Below are positions 29,209 to 38,764 of a stretch of DNA of 64,000 nt, piece after piece. A model generated the notes under the pieces. The model was given only the letters and a program-made list of their open reading frames with translations, was not told the origin of the DNA and ran no database searches. This DNA comes from a virus (Duplodnaviria; Caudoviricetes): the IMG/VR virus record IMGVR_UViG_3300017914_002346; one strand, 5' to 3'. The translations under genes were made by a program, and so were the position numbers. The first letter of the stretch is position 1. The number at the start of each line of letters is the position of its first letter.

Positions 29209-29974
29209 AATTATCATCTAATTCATAATCTGAATACCAATAATCAAATACCCAATTATCATCTGAATTATGAATTAAGTTGTCTGCATTAGAAAAATGA
29301 ACCATCTTTATAGTATCACAAAAATCACCACCCATCATAAATGGTTCTTCTGAGTTAACAAACTCATTCCAGTTTTTCTGTATTTTAAGATAATCAATAT
29401 CATGATACTTTGCAAACCATTCCATAGGCAACCAATGTTTATTATTAACATGGTTATCAATAAAATTTTGTTCCCCGTTTACTGGACCTTCACATTGACC
29501 TGTTTCAATGTAATATTGTTGCCAATGTTCAGGATCTTCAATAAATTTTTTCCACAGGTAGTTTGTTTCTCCCATTCTATACATTTGAAAACCACCGTTC
29601 AATTTACAAAAATGTCTTAGATTTGACCACCATCTTTCAAAGCAACCAAAAGTATTTTCAGGTAAATTATAGTTTAGAATATCATCTAGATTGTTTATTA
29701 TAATCCAGTCTATATCTAATATAATACATGTGCTACCTTCTTTAATATCTGCAAAGCCGTTCTTATGAAAAATTAATTTATGCCATTGTAATTTAAACTC
29801 ATTAGGATCTTTTATATCTACTGTTTTAATATCAGATACTAAACCACTACTATCTTCTGTATAACAATAAAAATTAAAATCTACTGTAGAGTTTCTTTTC
29901 ATACTAAAGAAAAGATTATTAACATATTGAGAAGAATACTTATCACCAACTTTAAGAGTTAAAATATTAATCAT
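29195..29974 (-). CDS. Glycosyltransferase (GT-A fold)
   Basis: LKVGDKYS..YVNNL, FYCYTED, W.KL..., DxD motif LDID, EQNFI. Confidence 0.75.
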   Translation of the reverse strand: MINILTLKVGDKYSSQYVNNLFFSMKRNSTVDFNFYCYTEDSSGLVSDIKTVDIKDPNEFKLQWHKLIFHKNGFADIKEGSTCIILDIDWIIINNLDDILNYNLPENTFGCFERWWSNLRHFCKLNGGFQMYRMGETNYLWKKFIEDPEHWQQYYIETGQCEGPVNGEQNFIDNHVNNKHWLPMEWFAKYHDIDYLKIQKNWNEFVNSEEPFMMGGDFCDTIKMVHFSNADNLIHNSDDNWVFDYWYSDYELDDNFIYE

Positions 29975-31005
29975 GTTACTACTCTATCAGAACCTGCAGA
30001 TCTCTGACCACACACTCTTTGACAAGTACCTGGTCCGTTATACTGCCATTCATTTTTCACTTCGTTGAAAAAATCATTATTAAATGCATATTTTAAAATA
30101 GCGCCTGATTCTACTTCTAAAAGATTAACAGCTGGATTCATTTTCTCCATTAAAACTATTTCAGTAGCATTTTTATATCTATCAGGAGATGATTTATAGT
30201 TTTGAAATTGTTTATATAGATCAGAAGCTAAATGACAACAAGGCCATAAAGTACCATCACAATGAATAAAAGTATTTTTATGTTTTAAATAACTGCAGCT
30301 TATATTCTTAATTTCTTTATCTTGTTTTCTACTTACTCCTGAGCCTACAAAAGAATCACTAGGTGGTTCTAGAACTCTTTTTTCTCCTTCAGGTGTTACA
30401 TAACTAATACCATCAACATCTTTACCCCAACCTCTATTAGATTTTCTTAAAATAAACTCTTTAAAACCTAACTCTTTGGACAAAGATTTTGCTTCTTCTA
30501 CTTGATGTTCATTATGTTTAAAAGGAATAAACTCCCATACTGCGTTACCACCACTTTGTATAAAGGATTTAGCGTTATTAATAATTTTATTAAAGTCTGT
30601 TTTTTGTCTATATAAATGATTAGTATCCTCTAAGCCGTCAATATGAAAAAAAACTGTAGATGAGTTGCTATTCATACAGCTACCCATCTCACTCCACCAT
30701 TTTTCATTTCGTAAGCTGCCGTTAGTTTCTAATAATATAGTTACAGGATAATTACTCAGGTACTTAACTATAGGTAAACAGTCCTTAGCAGCAATAGGGT
30801 CACCTACATTACCACATAAGCTTACTTCATCTATAGTATAAAGAACATCTTCGTTCATTATGTGCTTAAAATCATTTACTAATAATTCTCTTTTCCTACT
30901 TACATATTCTGTAGGCAGTGAAAAATTATACCTATTAGTTCTCATACAGAGAGGACAAGCAGCATTACATTTTTCAGATAATTCAAAAGTAACTTTTTTA
31001 ATCAA
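29971..31005 (-). CDS. Radical SAM protein, paralog of 24517-25590
   Basis: CNAACPLC, CGNVGDP, IDGLEDTNHLYR, FKHNEHQVE, LWPCCH, CQRVCG. Confidence 0.88.
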   Translation of the reverse strand: MIKKVTFELSEKCNAACPLCMRTNRYNFSLPTEYVSRKRELLVNDFKHIMNEDVLYTIDEVSLCGNVGDPIAAKDCLPIVKYLSNYPVTILLETNGSLRNEKWWSEMGSCMNSNSSTVFFHIDGLEDTNHLYRQKTDFNKIINNAKSFIQSGGNAVWEFIPFKHNEHQVEEAKSLSKELGFKEFILRKSNRGWGKDVDGISYVTPEGEKRVLEPPSDSFVGSGVSRKQDKEIKNISCSYLKHKNTFIHCDGTLWPCCHLASDLYKQFQNYKSSPDRYKNATEIVLMEKMNPAVNLLEVESGAILKYAFNNDFFNEVKNEWQYNGPGTCQRVCGQRSAGSDRVVT

Positions 31006-31711
31006 CTACACCACCATCGTAAGAACCAAAACCCCATTTCTTTTCCAAACACCAATAACATATTTGACAGGGAGTTATACCACCGTTTCTTAATCTAGTA
31101 CAACTTACTGTATATGGATATAAACTTTCTAATAAGTCAAATTGTTTATAAATTTTAAACAGATAAGATTTGTCAACAGTTTTAAAAGGTTCTCTATTTT
31201 TTTTCAGGTTATTAACTTGCTTTATACTATAATCTCTTTCTTTAAGTGCGGGGGTTTCACTAACTAATTTATCTAAGGCTTCTATTTGTCCTTCCGGTGG
31301 TTTTCTAGTTGTACCTAGTAGTATTACATCTAAGTCAAAATCTAATTTAAACTGATCTCTTGTTTTTCTTAGTAAAAGTTTTTTTTCTTGTTTATAAGCT
31401 ACAAAATAATCATAAAAATGTAACCCTTCAAATTGTATTTCTGGAAACATATTTACTAAAATATCATAACATTTTTGAGCAGGTTTTATACTATAATTTT
31501 CATTTTCATATCTAGTGTTATTAGCATTAAAACAATAAACTTTAATTTGTGATTGCATATTTTTACGCATTATAGATTCACATAATACATAAGTTAAAAG
31601 ACTGGAATCTACACCACCCGTAAAAGATACAGCTATTTTATTATTATAAATTTCACCTTTTAATAATCTATCAAAATAGTCTATTTTAATATTGTCTGCT
31701 TCTAGTATCAT
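30998..31711 (-). CDS. QueC-like PP-loop ATPase
   Basis: SFTGGVDSSLL; C-terminal TVSC...PCQICYWCLEK zinc-type motif. Confidence 0.72.
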   Translation of the reverse strand: MILEADNIKIDYFDRLLKGEIYNNKIAVSFTGGVDSSLLTYVLCESIMRKNMQSQIKVYCFNANNTRYENENYSIKPAQKCYDILVNMFPEIQFEGLHFYDYFVAYKQEKKLLLRKTRDQFKLDFDLDVILLGTTRKPPEGQIEALDKLVSETPALKERDYSIKQVNNLKKNREPFKTVDKSYLFKIYKQFDLLESLYPYTVSCTRLRNGGITPCQICYWCLEKKWGFGSYDGGVVD

Positions 31712-32421
31712 TTTATACCACCATCATACATACCGAAAGCCCATTTCTTTTCTCTACACCACCAACACTCTTTACATGGTTCTGAAAAAAAACTAGTTGA
31801 CTCGGAATACTCGACACAACTTGCAGTAATAGGAAAAAGCTCATCCATTAAATTAAATTTTTTATATTGTTCAGATACAAATCTTTTATCTAAAAACTCC
31901 ATTGGACAATAAAAAGGCTTATCATGATTTTCATGATAAGGTTGCCTTAAGTTACCGTGTTGATCTCTTCTCTCTTCTCTTTTATGTAGAAGATTATTCT
32001 CTTTAGCAACATCTTCTGGTGGATTAGCTGTTCTTCCGTGAAATAAAACATCTATAATTTTTTCTTCTCTAAGTCTATCTTCATGCTGAACGTGTTGATT
32101 AGTTTTGTCCTTCTCATGTTTTTTATCATAATAATTAAACTCATGATCTTTCCAATTAAGATTAGGAAACCATTCTTTGAATAGTAAGATAATTTCTCTT
32201 ACATTCCATTCATTAGTAGGTCTTAAATTATGTACACCGGTAATAGGAATAATACCAACATCAAATTTTTTTCTGTATTCTAACTCTCTACAAGTCATAA
32301 ACAAAAGTAGAGAAGAGTCAGCACCACCAGAAAGATTAATTCCTATATTTTTAAACCTGTTAAGTTTATCTTCATAAGGATCCCAAAAATTTAATTTACC
32401 AATACTTGAATTATAAATCAT
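31708..32421 (-). CDS. QueC-like PP-loop ATPase (tandem paralog)
   Basis: NLSGGADSSLL; TASC...PCKECWWCREKKWAFG.YDGG. Confidence 0.75.
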   Translation of the reverse strand: MIYNSSIGKLNFWDPYEDKLNRFKNIGINLSGGADSSLLLFMTCRELEYRKKFDVGIIPITGVHNLRPTNEWNVREIILLFKEWFPNLNWKDHEFNYYDKKHEKDKTNQHVQHEDRLREEKIIDVLFHGRTANPPEDVAKENNLLHKREERRDQHGNLRQPYHENHDKPFYCPMEFLDKRFVSEQYKKFNLMDELFPITASCVEYSESTSFFSEPCKECWWCREKKWAFGMYDGGIK

Positions 32422-33766
32422 AATAACTATCGTGTTTAAAATGAGACTTCCATTCAGGAAAGTATTTTAAAATATTATCGCCTCTGTTTTTGTCTCTTCT
32501 TATTATAGATGCTATCATTTGATGATATCTTAATTCATCAAACTCAGCTCTTTCTAGATAATCAATAACTTTACCTAGCTTTTCAACTACATCATAACTA
32601 TTATTATACAATCTATTTAAGTGATGTTCTCTAATGTCTGGAGGTAAACTTTTAAGAGTAAACCAAGCGGGTCTTCCTATATGCATATAAGAGGGTTCTA
32701 CACCAAACTCTAAAGCGCCTTTTAGTATTTCATCTGCATAACCTGAATTTATAGGATTAATAGTAGGGTTAAAACCAATATTTACATTTGGTATCTTACT
32801 TATCTTTTTAATGTTAGTAAACACTTCATTCCAATCAGAAGGCCATCTTATATAATTATTTTTTTCGCCCCATAGTTCTAGAGAGCATCTATAAATTACG
32901 CTCTTAAACTTTGATAGTAGTTCATAGATATAATCAGGATTAGGATGGCCAAAATTATTTGAGAAGCAAAAGATAGTTATATCTTTAGCCCATCCTTCTT
33001 CTACACATTTCTCTAGCACTCTAACATTCTTTTTAATTAACCAAGTCTCACCACCTATAAGCTGAATACGTTTAGTTTTTTCTACTAACTTCCAAAAGTC
33101 GTCCATATCTAAATTATGATCGTTGTGAGTAATAAGAGGAGGAGTCCAAGGCATTTTCATATCAGCTCTTTGTTCTGATCTGTGAAGAATATCTTCTTCC
33201 GTCATTTCTCCTATATCCATAAGTTCTTGAGCTACTCCAGATGAATCTTCTGGTGAACACATTAGACATTGAAGGTTACAAAAATTACCCCAAGTCTTAA
33301 TACGAATAGTATGAACGGTTTTAGGTATAGGATATTCTTTACCTTTGTTCTCTTCAACATACTTGACTAATCTAGCAAGTTCTTTTCTTGTATCTTCATC
33401 CTTTTCAACAGGTTGGTTACTTTGCATTCTAGTACTAACATGACCGTTAGTTTCTGTTTCAATACAACGTGAACAAACTCTTTCTATCATATCAGTAGAA
33501 TGACCATGTACCATTTCTTCTCTTAGTTTAAATAGTTCTGGTTCATTCCAAATATCATCTAACTTTATAGTTGAGATATGTTTTTTAACACATACTGTAG
33601 TATTAGAACAAGGATGAGGAAGACCATAATTTGAAACATATAAATTAATAAATGGCTGCGCACAAAACCATTTTTCATCTTTAGTTAAATTTTCTAGCAT
33701 TTTTTTATAGTTAGGTTTTTCCTTGCTAGTAGGAGACATATTACCTAAATAATCATACTCTTCCAA
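32411..33766 (-). CDS. Radical SAM protein with N-terminal twitch/SPASM-like domain
   Basis: FCAQPF...PCSN...CSRC, then CNLQCLMC, IGGET, YIRWPSDW. Confidence 0.85.
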   Translation of the reverse strand: MEEYDYLGNMSPTSKEKPNYKKMLENLTKDEKWFCAQPFINLYVSNYGLPHPCSNTTVCVKKHISTIKLDDIWNEPELFKLREEMVHGHSTDMIERVCSRCIETETNGHVSTRMQSNQPVEKDEDTRKELARLVKYVEENKGKEYPIPKTVHTIRIKTWGNFCNLQCLMCSPEDSSGVAQELMDIGEMTEEDILHRSEQRADMKMPWTPPLITHNDHNLDMDDFWKLVEKTKRIQLIGGETWLIKKNVRVLEKCVEEGWAKDITIFCFSNNFGHPNPDYIYELLSKFKSVIYRCSLELWGEKNNYIRWPSDWNEVFTNIKKISKIPNVNIGFNPTINPINSGYADEILKGALEFGVEPSYMHIGRPAWFTLKSLPPDIREHHLNRLYNNSYDVVEKLGKVIDYLERAEFDELRYHQMIASIIRRDKNRGDNILKYFPEWKSHFKHDSYYDL

Positions 33767-34337
33767 TTACCATAAACCTTTTGTAAATATCAAAATCTAA
33801 TTCATCTTCATAGAATACTTTTTTAATATTATATTGTTTGTTAAGTTCCTCATAACTCTTAACACAATTAATATGTTCTTGTATTTCTGTGTAGTTATTG
33901 CTTTGTAATAAAACTATACCTGATTCTATGTTTAATGGTTTCATATGCTCACATGAAGTGCATATTATAAGTTTTCTATTACCTGAGAAAGTAATATTAG
34001 TAGCATCTTGTAGTTTGTAATTTATTTTTTTGTCAAGAGGAAAATAATAGTTCTTACATATCTCTATCGCTGTTTCGTCTACCTCATAAAAATTAATTAG
34101 TATATCATTAAACAGTTCTCTTATTATTGGAATAATTTGATGACCGTACCACCCTCCAATAACCTCAACTCTGTCTAGAGGAGAGTTTTGTATCTTTTTA
34201 TCTCTTACTTTAGTCAATTCTCTTTTAAGCCAATACTTACTTTCAATCTGTTTAGAATCAAAAGATTGTGCTATATCAGCTGCTCTCATAGGATATCTTT
34301 TAAGCACTTTTTGAGTAGTACTATCTATAGTAAACAT
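33753..34337 (-). CDS. Class I SAM-dependent methyltransferase-like protein
   Basis: QIESK.WL, VIGGWYG glycine loop, acidic YEVD, CTSCEHM, LQSNNY. Confidence 0.65.
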   Translation of the reverse strand: MFTIDSTTQKVLKRYPMRAADIAQSFDSKQIESKYWLKRELTKVRDKKIQNSPLDRVEVIGGWYGHQIIPIIRELFNDILINFYEVDETAIEICKNYYFPLDKKINYKLQDATNITFSGNRKLIICTSCEHMKPLNIESGIVLLQSNNYTEIQEHINCVKSYEELNKQYNIKKVFYEDELDFDIYKRFMVIGRV

Positions 34338-35040
34338 CCATACCCTTTAACATTTCATCTTCTGTAAATTGTTTGTCCAATCCGTTGAGTAAACAAACTT
34401 TTCTTTCTGGTCTGTCAAACATATTAATTCTTAAATCATTTTTATATTTGTTAGTTACTATTTGACCATTAGTTTCACCATCTCCGTACACTCTAGAATA
34501 AAACCATTCTTCAGGAAACGTTTCTATATGCTCTCTAAGTTCTCTTTCCCAATATAAAAATCTATCTATACCTTTGTACTTAAGCATAAAAAATTCATCA
34601 TCTTTACGAAAGTATTCCCATATAAAATCTAAAGTGTCTGCTTCCCATATCAAACAGCTTGAGTTTCTTCTCATATCAAAATTTTCTTCATTTAATACAC
34701 TTTCAGGTTTCCAATAAGAAGAAATTTTGCAAAGACCTTTAGTTTTAAAATTAGCTATCTCATCAATATTATTTTGAATTATTACATCTAAATCAAAGAA
34801 TAAACACTTACCTTTCAGATTACCAAAACCTTTTTCAAACATTGCTAACTTATTCCACCAAACTTCAAGGTTATTATGTTTGATAGGAATAATATTAATA
34901 TCTTTAAGGTTGCTACTATCTTCTGTTAAACAATAAAAATTAAAAGGTAAAGTTAAGTTCTTTTTAACCATGTAATGTAATCTGTTTACATGTTCATAGT
35001 TGTATTTGTCACCCCATTTTACACAAATAACATTAATCAT
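34321..35040 (-). CDS. Glycosyltransferase (GT-A fold), paralog of 29195-29974
   Basis: CVKWGDKY, FYCLTED, WWNKL, FFDLDVII, NSSC..W, GIDRFL. Confidence 0.8.
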   Translation of the reverse strand: MINVICVKWGDKYNYEHVNRLHYMVKKNLTLPFNFYCLTEDSSNLKDINIIPIKHNNLEVWWNKLAMFEKGFGNLKGKCLFFDLDVIIQNNIDEIANFKTKGLCKISSYWKPESVLNEENFDMRRNSSCLIWEADTLDFIWEYFRKDDEFFMLKYKGIDRFLYWERELREHIETFPEEWFYSRVYGDGETNGQIVTNKYKNDLRINMFDRPERKVCLLNGLDKQFTEDEMLKGMDVYYR

Positions 35041-35659
35041 TTTCTATATCTTCTATCATACTCTCCCACATACCTTTATGAGGTAATACAAAACTGCATG
35101 TAAGTCTATGTTCATCAAAACCTCTAGCTGTATGCCAAAAAATATCTTCTTCTTTAAAACCAAAATAACCAGCTTTAGCTGACCAACCTACAGGGTCATT
35201 TAATGTAATAATTTCTTTAGTTTTAGGGTCTTGGTATCGAAAAAAACCGTTGCCTTTTAAACTGTAAGAGAGTATAATATTATATCCATGACAGTTTTCG
35301 TTTGTATGCCATCCAATGAAACCGTTAGGAGGATAAACCATCATAAGAGAGCTAAACTTAGAACCTAATACGTCATTAATTCTAGTTTTATACTCTTCAA
35401 ACTCTTCATAAAGGTGAGTAAATTTATATTGAGAAGTAAAAAGAAAATCATAACCAAAACTATCTAAAGGAAAGCCTTCATGTTTACTATCAAGTTTAGT
35501 TTTCTCTAAACACTCTATACTTACAGCTTCATCAACGTTGCTCGCATTGCGCCAGTGTTGTTCATAACCTATCTTAGATAAATCTAGATTGTAGACTAAA
35601 TCGCTATATTCGTTAAGTACTGATAGTAGTTCTTTATTTTTAATAATAACGTTTTTCAT
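35033..35659 (-). CDS. 2OG-Fe(II) oxygenase-like / cupin protein
   Basis: YPPNGFIGWHTN ... FWHTA ... RLT pattern of a double-stranded beta-helix oxygenase. Confidence 0.6.
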   Translation of the reverse strand: MKNVIIKNKELLSVLNEYSDLVYNLDLSKIGYEQHWRNASNVDEAVSIECLEKTKLDSKHEGFPLDSFGYDFLFTSQYKFTHLYEEFEEYKTRINDVLGSKFSSLMMVYPPNGFIGWHTNENCHGYNIILSYSLKGNGFFRYQDPKTKEIITLNDPVGWSAKAGYFGFKEEDIFWHTARGFDEHRLTCSFVLPHKGMWESMIEDIEND

Positions 35660-36300
35660 ATCGTGTGATGTAGTAAAACTATCTCTTTATCTGTTTCTTC
35701 TTTTTTATACAAGTGTACAAAGTTCCATCTCGCGTCTAACTCTTTAATTTTTAGTTTATATTTCTTATTAAGATGCCAAAATGTATACTGATCCCATCTT
35801 TTAATATTATCTGGTTTATCTATAAATTTTTCTGGATTTGATATTTGTAGGTTATAATTATCCCACCACATTTTCATAAACCAATTTATATCTTTACGAA
35901 AGATAAACATACCACAGTGCCAAGTTAAGTTATCATATCCATGATTAAAATAGTATTGTGAAGCTGCATACTCTCTAATTTTAGTAAGTGCTATATCATA
36001 ATTACCAAGTTCATCGAAAACATTTTCTATATCTGAATTAATACATTCCATGTCAGCATCTAAATAACAACACAGATCATATGATGTATTGTATAAACTG
36101 TATAGTTTAGTTCTTTTGTTTACAGGGCAATCAGTTACTATATTAACGTATTTTTTATCTGAAGAATTTACGAATCGTTCTTCAGTAAAAAGAGTAATAT
36201 TAGCATCCTTATAATAATCAAGAATACTATCTATTAGTAACATAGCTGAAGTGTAATATTTTTTATCTAAGGTAGCAGATAAAACAAAGCCGTTAGTCAT
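35656..36300 (-). CDS. Glycosyltransferase (GT8-like)
   Basis: YLDAD DxD motif, HCGMFIF, WDQYTFW, RWNF, terminal LLHH; ATG at 36300 preferred. Confidence 0.75.
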   Translation of the reverse strand: MTNGFVLSATLDKKYYTSAMLLIDSILDYYKDANITLFTEERFVNSSDKKYVNIVTDCPVNKRTKLYSLYNTSYDLCCYLDADMECINSDIENVFDELGNYDIALTKIREYAASQYYFNHGYDNLTWHCGMFIFRKDINWFMKMWWDNYNLQISNPEKFIDKPDNIKRWDQYTFWHLNKKYKLKIKELDARWNFVHLYKKEETDKEIVLLHHTI

Positions 36301-36727
36301 TCCTATAGCTTTCTGAAACAATAGCAGATGCGTATGCGTATGCTTCAGAAATATTTTTAGCTTTTCTTAACTTGCTTTTTAAAATTCTATTCTGTGAAGC
36401 TTTAACTTCTTCGATTTCAAATAACTCAAGTTTTTTATTAAACAACTCTTCCTGCTCGTTGTTTTGTTTAATAACTTTTTCTTTTTCTTCTGATTTTGGC
36501 TTTTTTCTATTCCAATGCATTTCACTATGCTGTGTAATAGTTTCTTCTCCAAACTGAGAAATAATTTTTGCAAAATCGGGATTAATAGAACCTGTATCGG
36601 TTAACTTATTAACAATTGTATAAACACTTTGAACTCCACCCTCAGGTGTAGTAGTCTCTAACATACAATGTATCATTTCTTTTTTTTCATTATCAAAAAT
36701 AGGGTTTGTATAAACCATTCCGCTCAT
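36293..36727 (-). CDS. Hypothetical protein
   Basis: Overlaps both neighbours; LFNKKLELFEIEEVK..S.NR.LKSKLRKAK motif; function not recognised. Confidence 0.6.
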   Translation of the reverse strand: MSGMVYTNPIFDNEKKEMIHCMLETTTPEGGVQSVYTIVNKLTDTGSINPDFAKIISQFGEETITQHSEMHWNRKKPKSEEKEKVIKQNNEQEELFNKKLELFEIEEVKASQNRILKSKLRKAKNISEAYAYASAIVSESYRND

Positions 36728-37620
36728 CCTGTTCTTCTCCATAATTTATATACTGTGTTGTCGCTTGAAGTAGTAAGAATAGTGTTACCTGTATAATACC
36801 CGGTAAAAGTACCATAGTTAACACCTGCATAGTAAAGTATGTAGTTACCTGAGTAAGCTACGTTACCTTGATCTTTTAATGTATCTTTAACGTCCACACC
36901 CGCTTGTACCCATGTACCTGTAGCTGGTGCTGTAGGTTGAAAAGCATACGTACCGATTAATTTAGTTTGAATAATGTTTGCTAATCTAGCTGATAGAGAC
37001 TGTATTTCACTATCACCCATTTCTATTAGACCTGGACCTGAGGAATCATTAATCTTTAACGGTCTTTGACCACCATCTATTTCTGAAATACCAGGACCTG
37101 TACTTTGTTGTAAGTAGTATGTAACTGATGTTCCATCTACTTGTGTATCAGTTAAAGTACCTCTTTGTGTATGATTAGCAACAGATGCTGAGGTAGAGAA
37201 AGTATAAACACCATAAGCTGTACCAGCAGCTATTTTGTTGAGACAAGTTTGAAGAATAGTCGAATCTAAGCTGTTATCATTAGATTCAATTAAACCTACC
37301 GCAACATTACTATCACTATCTATTTCAACAGGTCTAATAATATTAGACTCGTCATCTGAGTCTGTAACTTGATAAAGAGTTGTAGTAGTACTTGATGTTG
37401 ATCCTGTAGCTGGATGAGTACCTACCGCTTCAGTTCTAACAGCATTAACGTATGAGCCAATACTAACCTTACCTGTAGCTGAACCTCCTACAGTTAAAGT
37501 TGCGCATGTATTATTCTGAGAGAAATTCAATAATACTAAATCAGCAATGTAACTTAGATCGCTATCTTGTGCTTCAATTACACCGCCATTGTTTAAATCA
37601 ATTACTACTGGTCTTGCCAT
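36724..37620 (-). CDS. Putative virion structural protein, 298 aa
   Basis: Thr/Ser/Gly-rich; three RPxxI...G(L/V)IE..DS repeats; Tyr/Gly tail. Confidence 0.55.
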   Translation of the reverse strand: MARPVVIDLNNGGVIEAQDSDLSYIADLVLLNFSQNNTCATLTVGGSATGKVSIGSYVNAVRTEAVGTHPATGSTSSTTTTLYQVTDSDDESNIIRPVEIDSDSNVAVGLIESNDNSLDSTILQTCLNKIAAGTAYGVYTFSTSASVANHTQRGTLTDTQVDGTSVTYYLQQSTGPGISEIDGGQRPLKINDSSGPGLIEMGDSEIQSLSARLANIIQTKLIGTYAFQPTAPATGTWVQAGVDVKDTLKDQGNVAYSGNYILYYAGVNYGTFTGYYTGNTILTTSSDNTVYKLWRRTG

Positions 37621-37630
37621 AATCTAATCC

Positions 37631-38764
37631 TTAAGGTGTATCTGAATCGTGTTGTAATACACTTCCAGAAAATGCTGTGCTACCATCTACTCTCTTAATA
37701 GTAAATCTTTGAGGATGAGTAAAGGTGCTTCCCGCAAAAGTAATCTCACTATCTATATTAAGCTTTCCTACTGATAATTTATTACCTTGAGCAGAAGAAG
37801 ACCAAATTTTTCTCCAAATAGCATATAAAAGATTACCATTACCATCTGAATCATATACTACATATTTTTGAGCTACTAAACTATCACTATCAGTAGTTCT
37901 AATATTGTATTGATAATCAGAATCATCTGTAATTGATGTATCTAACCAATACAATTCTCCTTGTTCAGAGTCTTTATTTTGTATCCACAAGTTACCAATA
38001 TTTAAAGCTTTTTCGGGCGGTGTGTTCTTTACAATAGGAATATTGTTAAGCTCAATTATTTCGTATTCTTCTCTAGGATTACGTTGAGCTATTTTATGAC
38101 CTGATGCAACTGAACCTGCAAAGTCAGTTAAGAATATTGTTGAACCTGAATGTGAGATTAACCTACCATTACCTAATGTTCTTCTTACACCACCACCCTG
38201 ATCTTGATCAAAGTCAATAATAGTACTAGCTGAAGTATTAGTTAGAGAAGGTGTGCCTGAAAGATTAACTCTAAGAATAGTTTTTGTAGTAAAGTCAATA
38301 TATCTGGCAAAGTCTGAATCTTGTGTAAATGTTGCTGTACCTGTTGAATTATAATATGTTACAGAATTAGATGTAGAAGAAACATTAGAAGCTCCTACCT
38401 CTGCTGTAGCTGCATTTTTAATTTGAGTAACTACATCAGCAATCACAGTATCAGAATCAATGTTTAATGATTTAGCATTACCATTAATATTATATCCTAA
38501 TGTAATTGTATCTGAATCATAATCAACATCTTGAATAGTAATAACAAAACCAGCATTTTGATTGAATGTAGTTACTGTTTGCGAGTATTGAAATGAAGTA
38601 AATCTTTGTCTCTTAGTATACAATTTCCTCGTAATGAGGTTCATTGCAATTTCACCTTCAAGCACTTGACTTGGAAGTGGTTGACCTTCTCCGTTTACAC
38701 CGTTAATTCTAGCTCTTCGGTGTTGTACGAAACCTCTTTGAATTTGGGTATCACTATCAATCAT
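37631..38764 (-). CDS. Tail fibre-related protein, 377 aa
   Basis: PLPSQVLEGEIAMNLITRKLYTK resembles the T4 gp36/gp37 N-terminal LAEGELAINL.D..IFTK motif; DSD-rich. Confidence 0.6.
   Translation of the reverse strand: MIDSDTQIQRGFVQHRRARINGVNGEGQPLPSQVLEGEIAMNLITRKLYTKRQRFTSFQYSQTVTTFNQNAGFVITIQDVDYDSDTITLGYNINGNAKSLNIDSDTVIADVVTQIKNAATAEVGASNVSSTSNSVTYYNSTGTATFTQDSDFARYIDFTTKTILRVNLSGTPSLTNTSASTIIDFDQDQGGGVRRTLGNGRLISHSGSTIFLTDFAGSVASGHKIAQRNPREEYEIIELNNIPIVKNTPPEKALNIGNLWIQNKDSEQGELYWLDTSITDDSDYQYNIRTTDSDSLVAQKYVVYDSDGNGNLLYAIWRKIWSSSAQGNKLSVGKLNIDSEITFAGSTFTHPQRFTIKRVDGSTAFSGSVLQHDSDTP

Noticed and set aside
24517-36300. Calling the cluster a 7-deazaguanine DNA modification locus
   Set aside because: No FolE, QueD or DpdA recognisable here and the radical SAMs have SPASM/twitch or B12 features unlike QueE; cannot be excluded for the rest of the genome.
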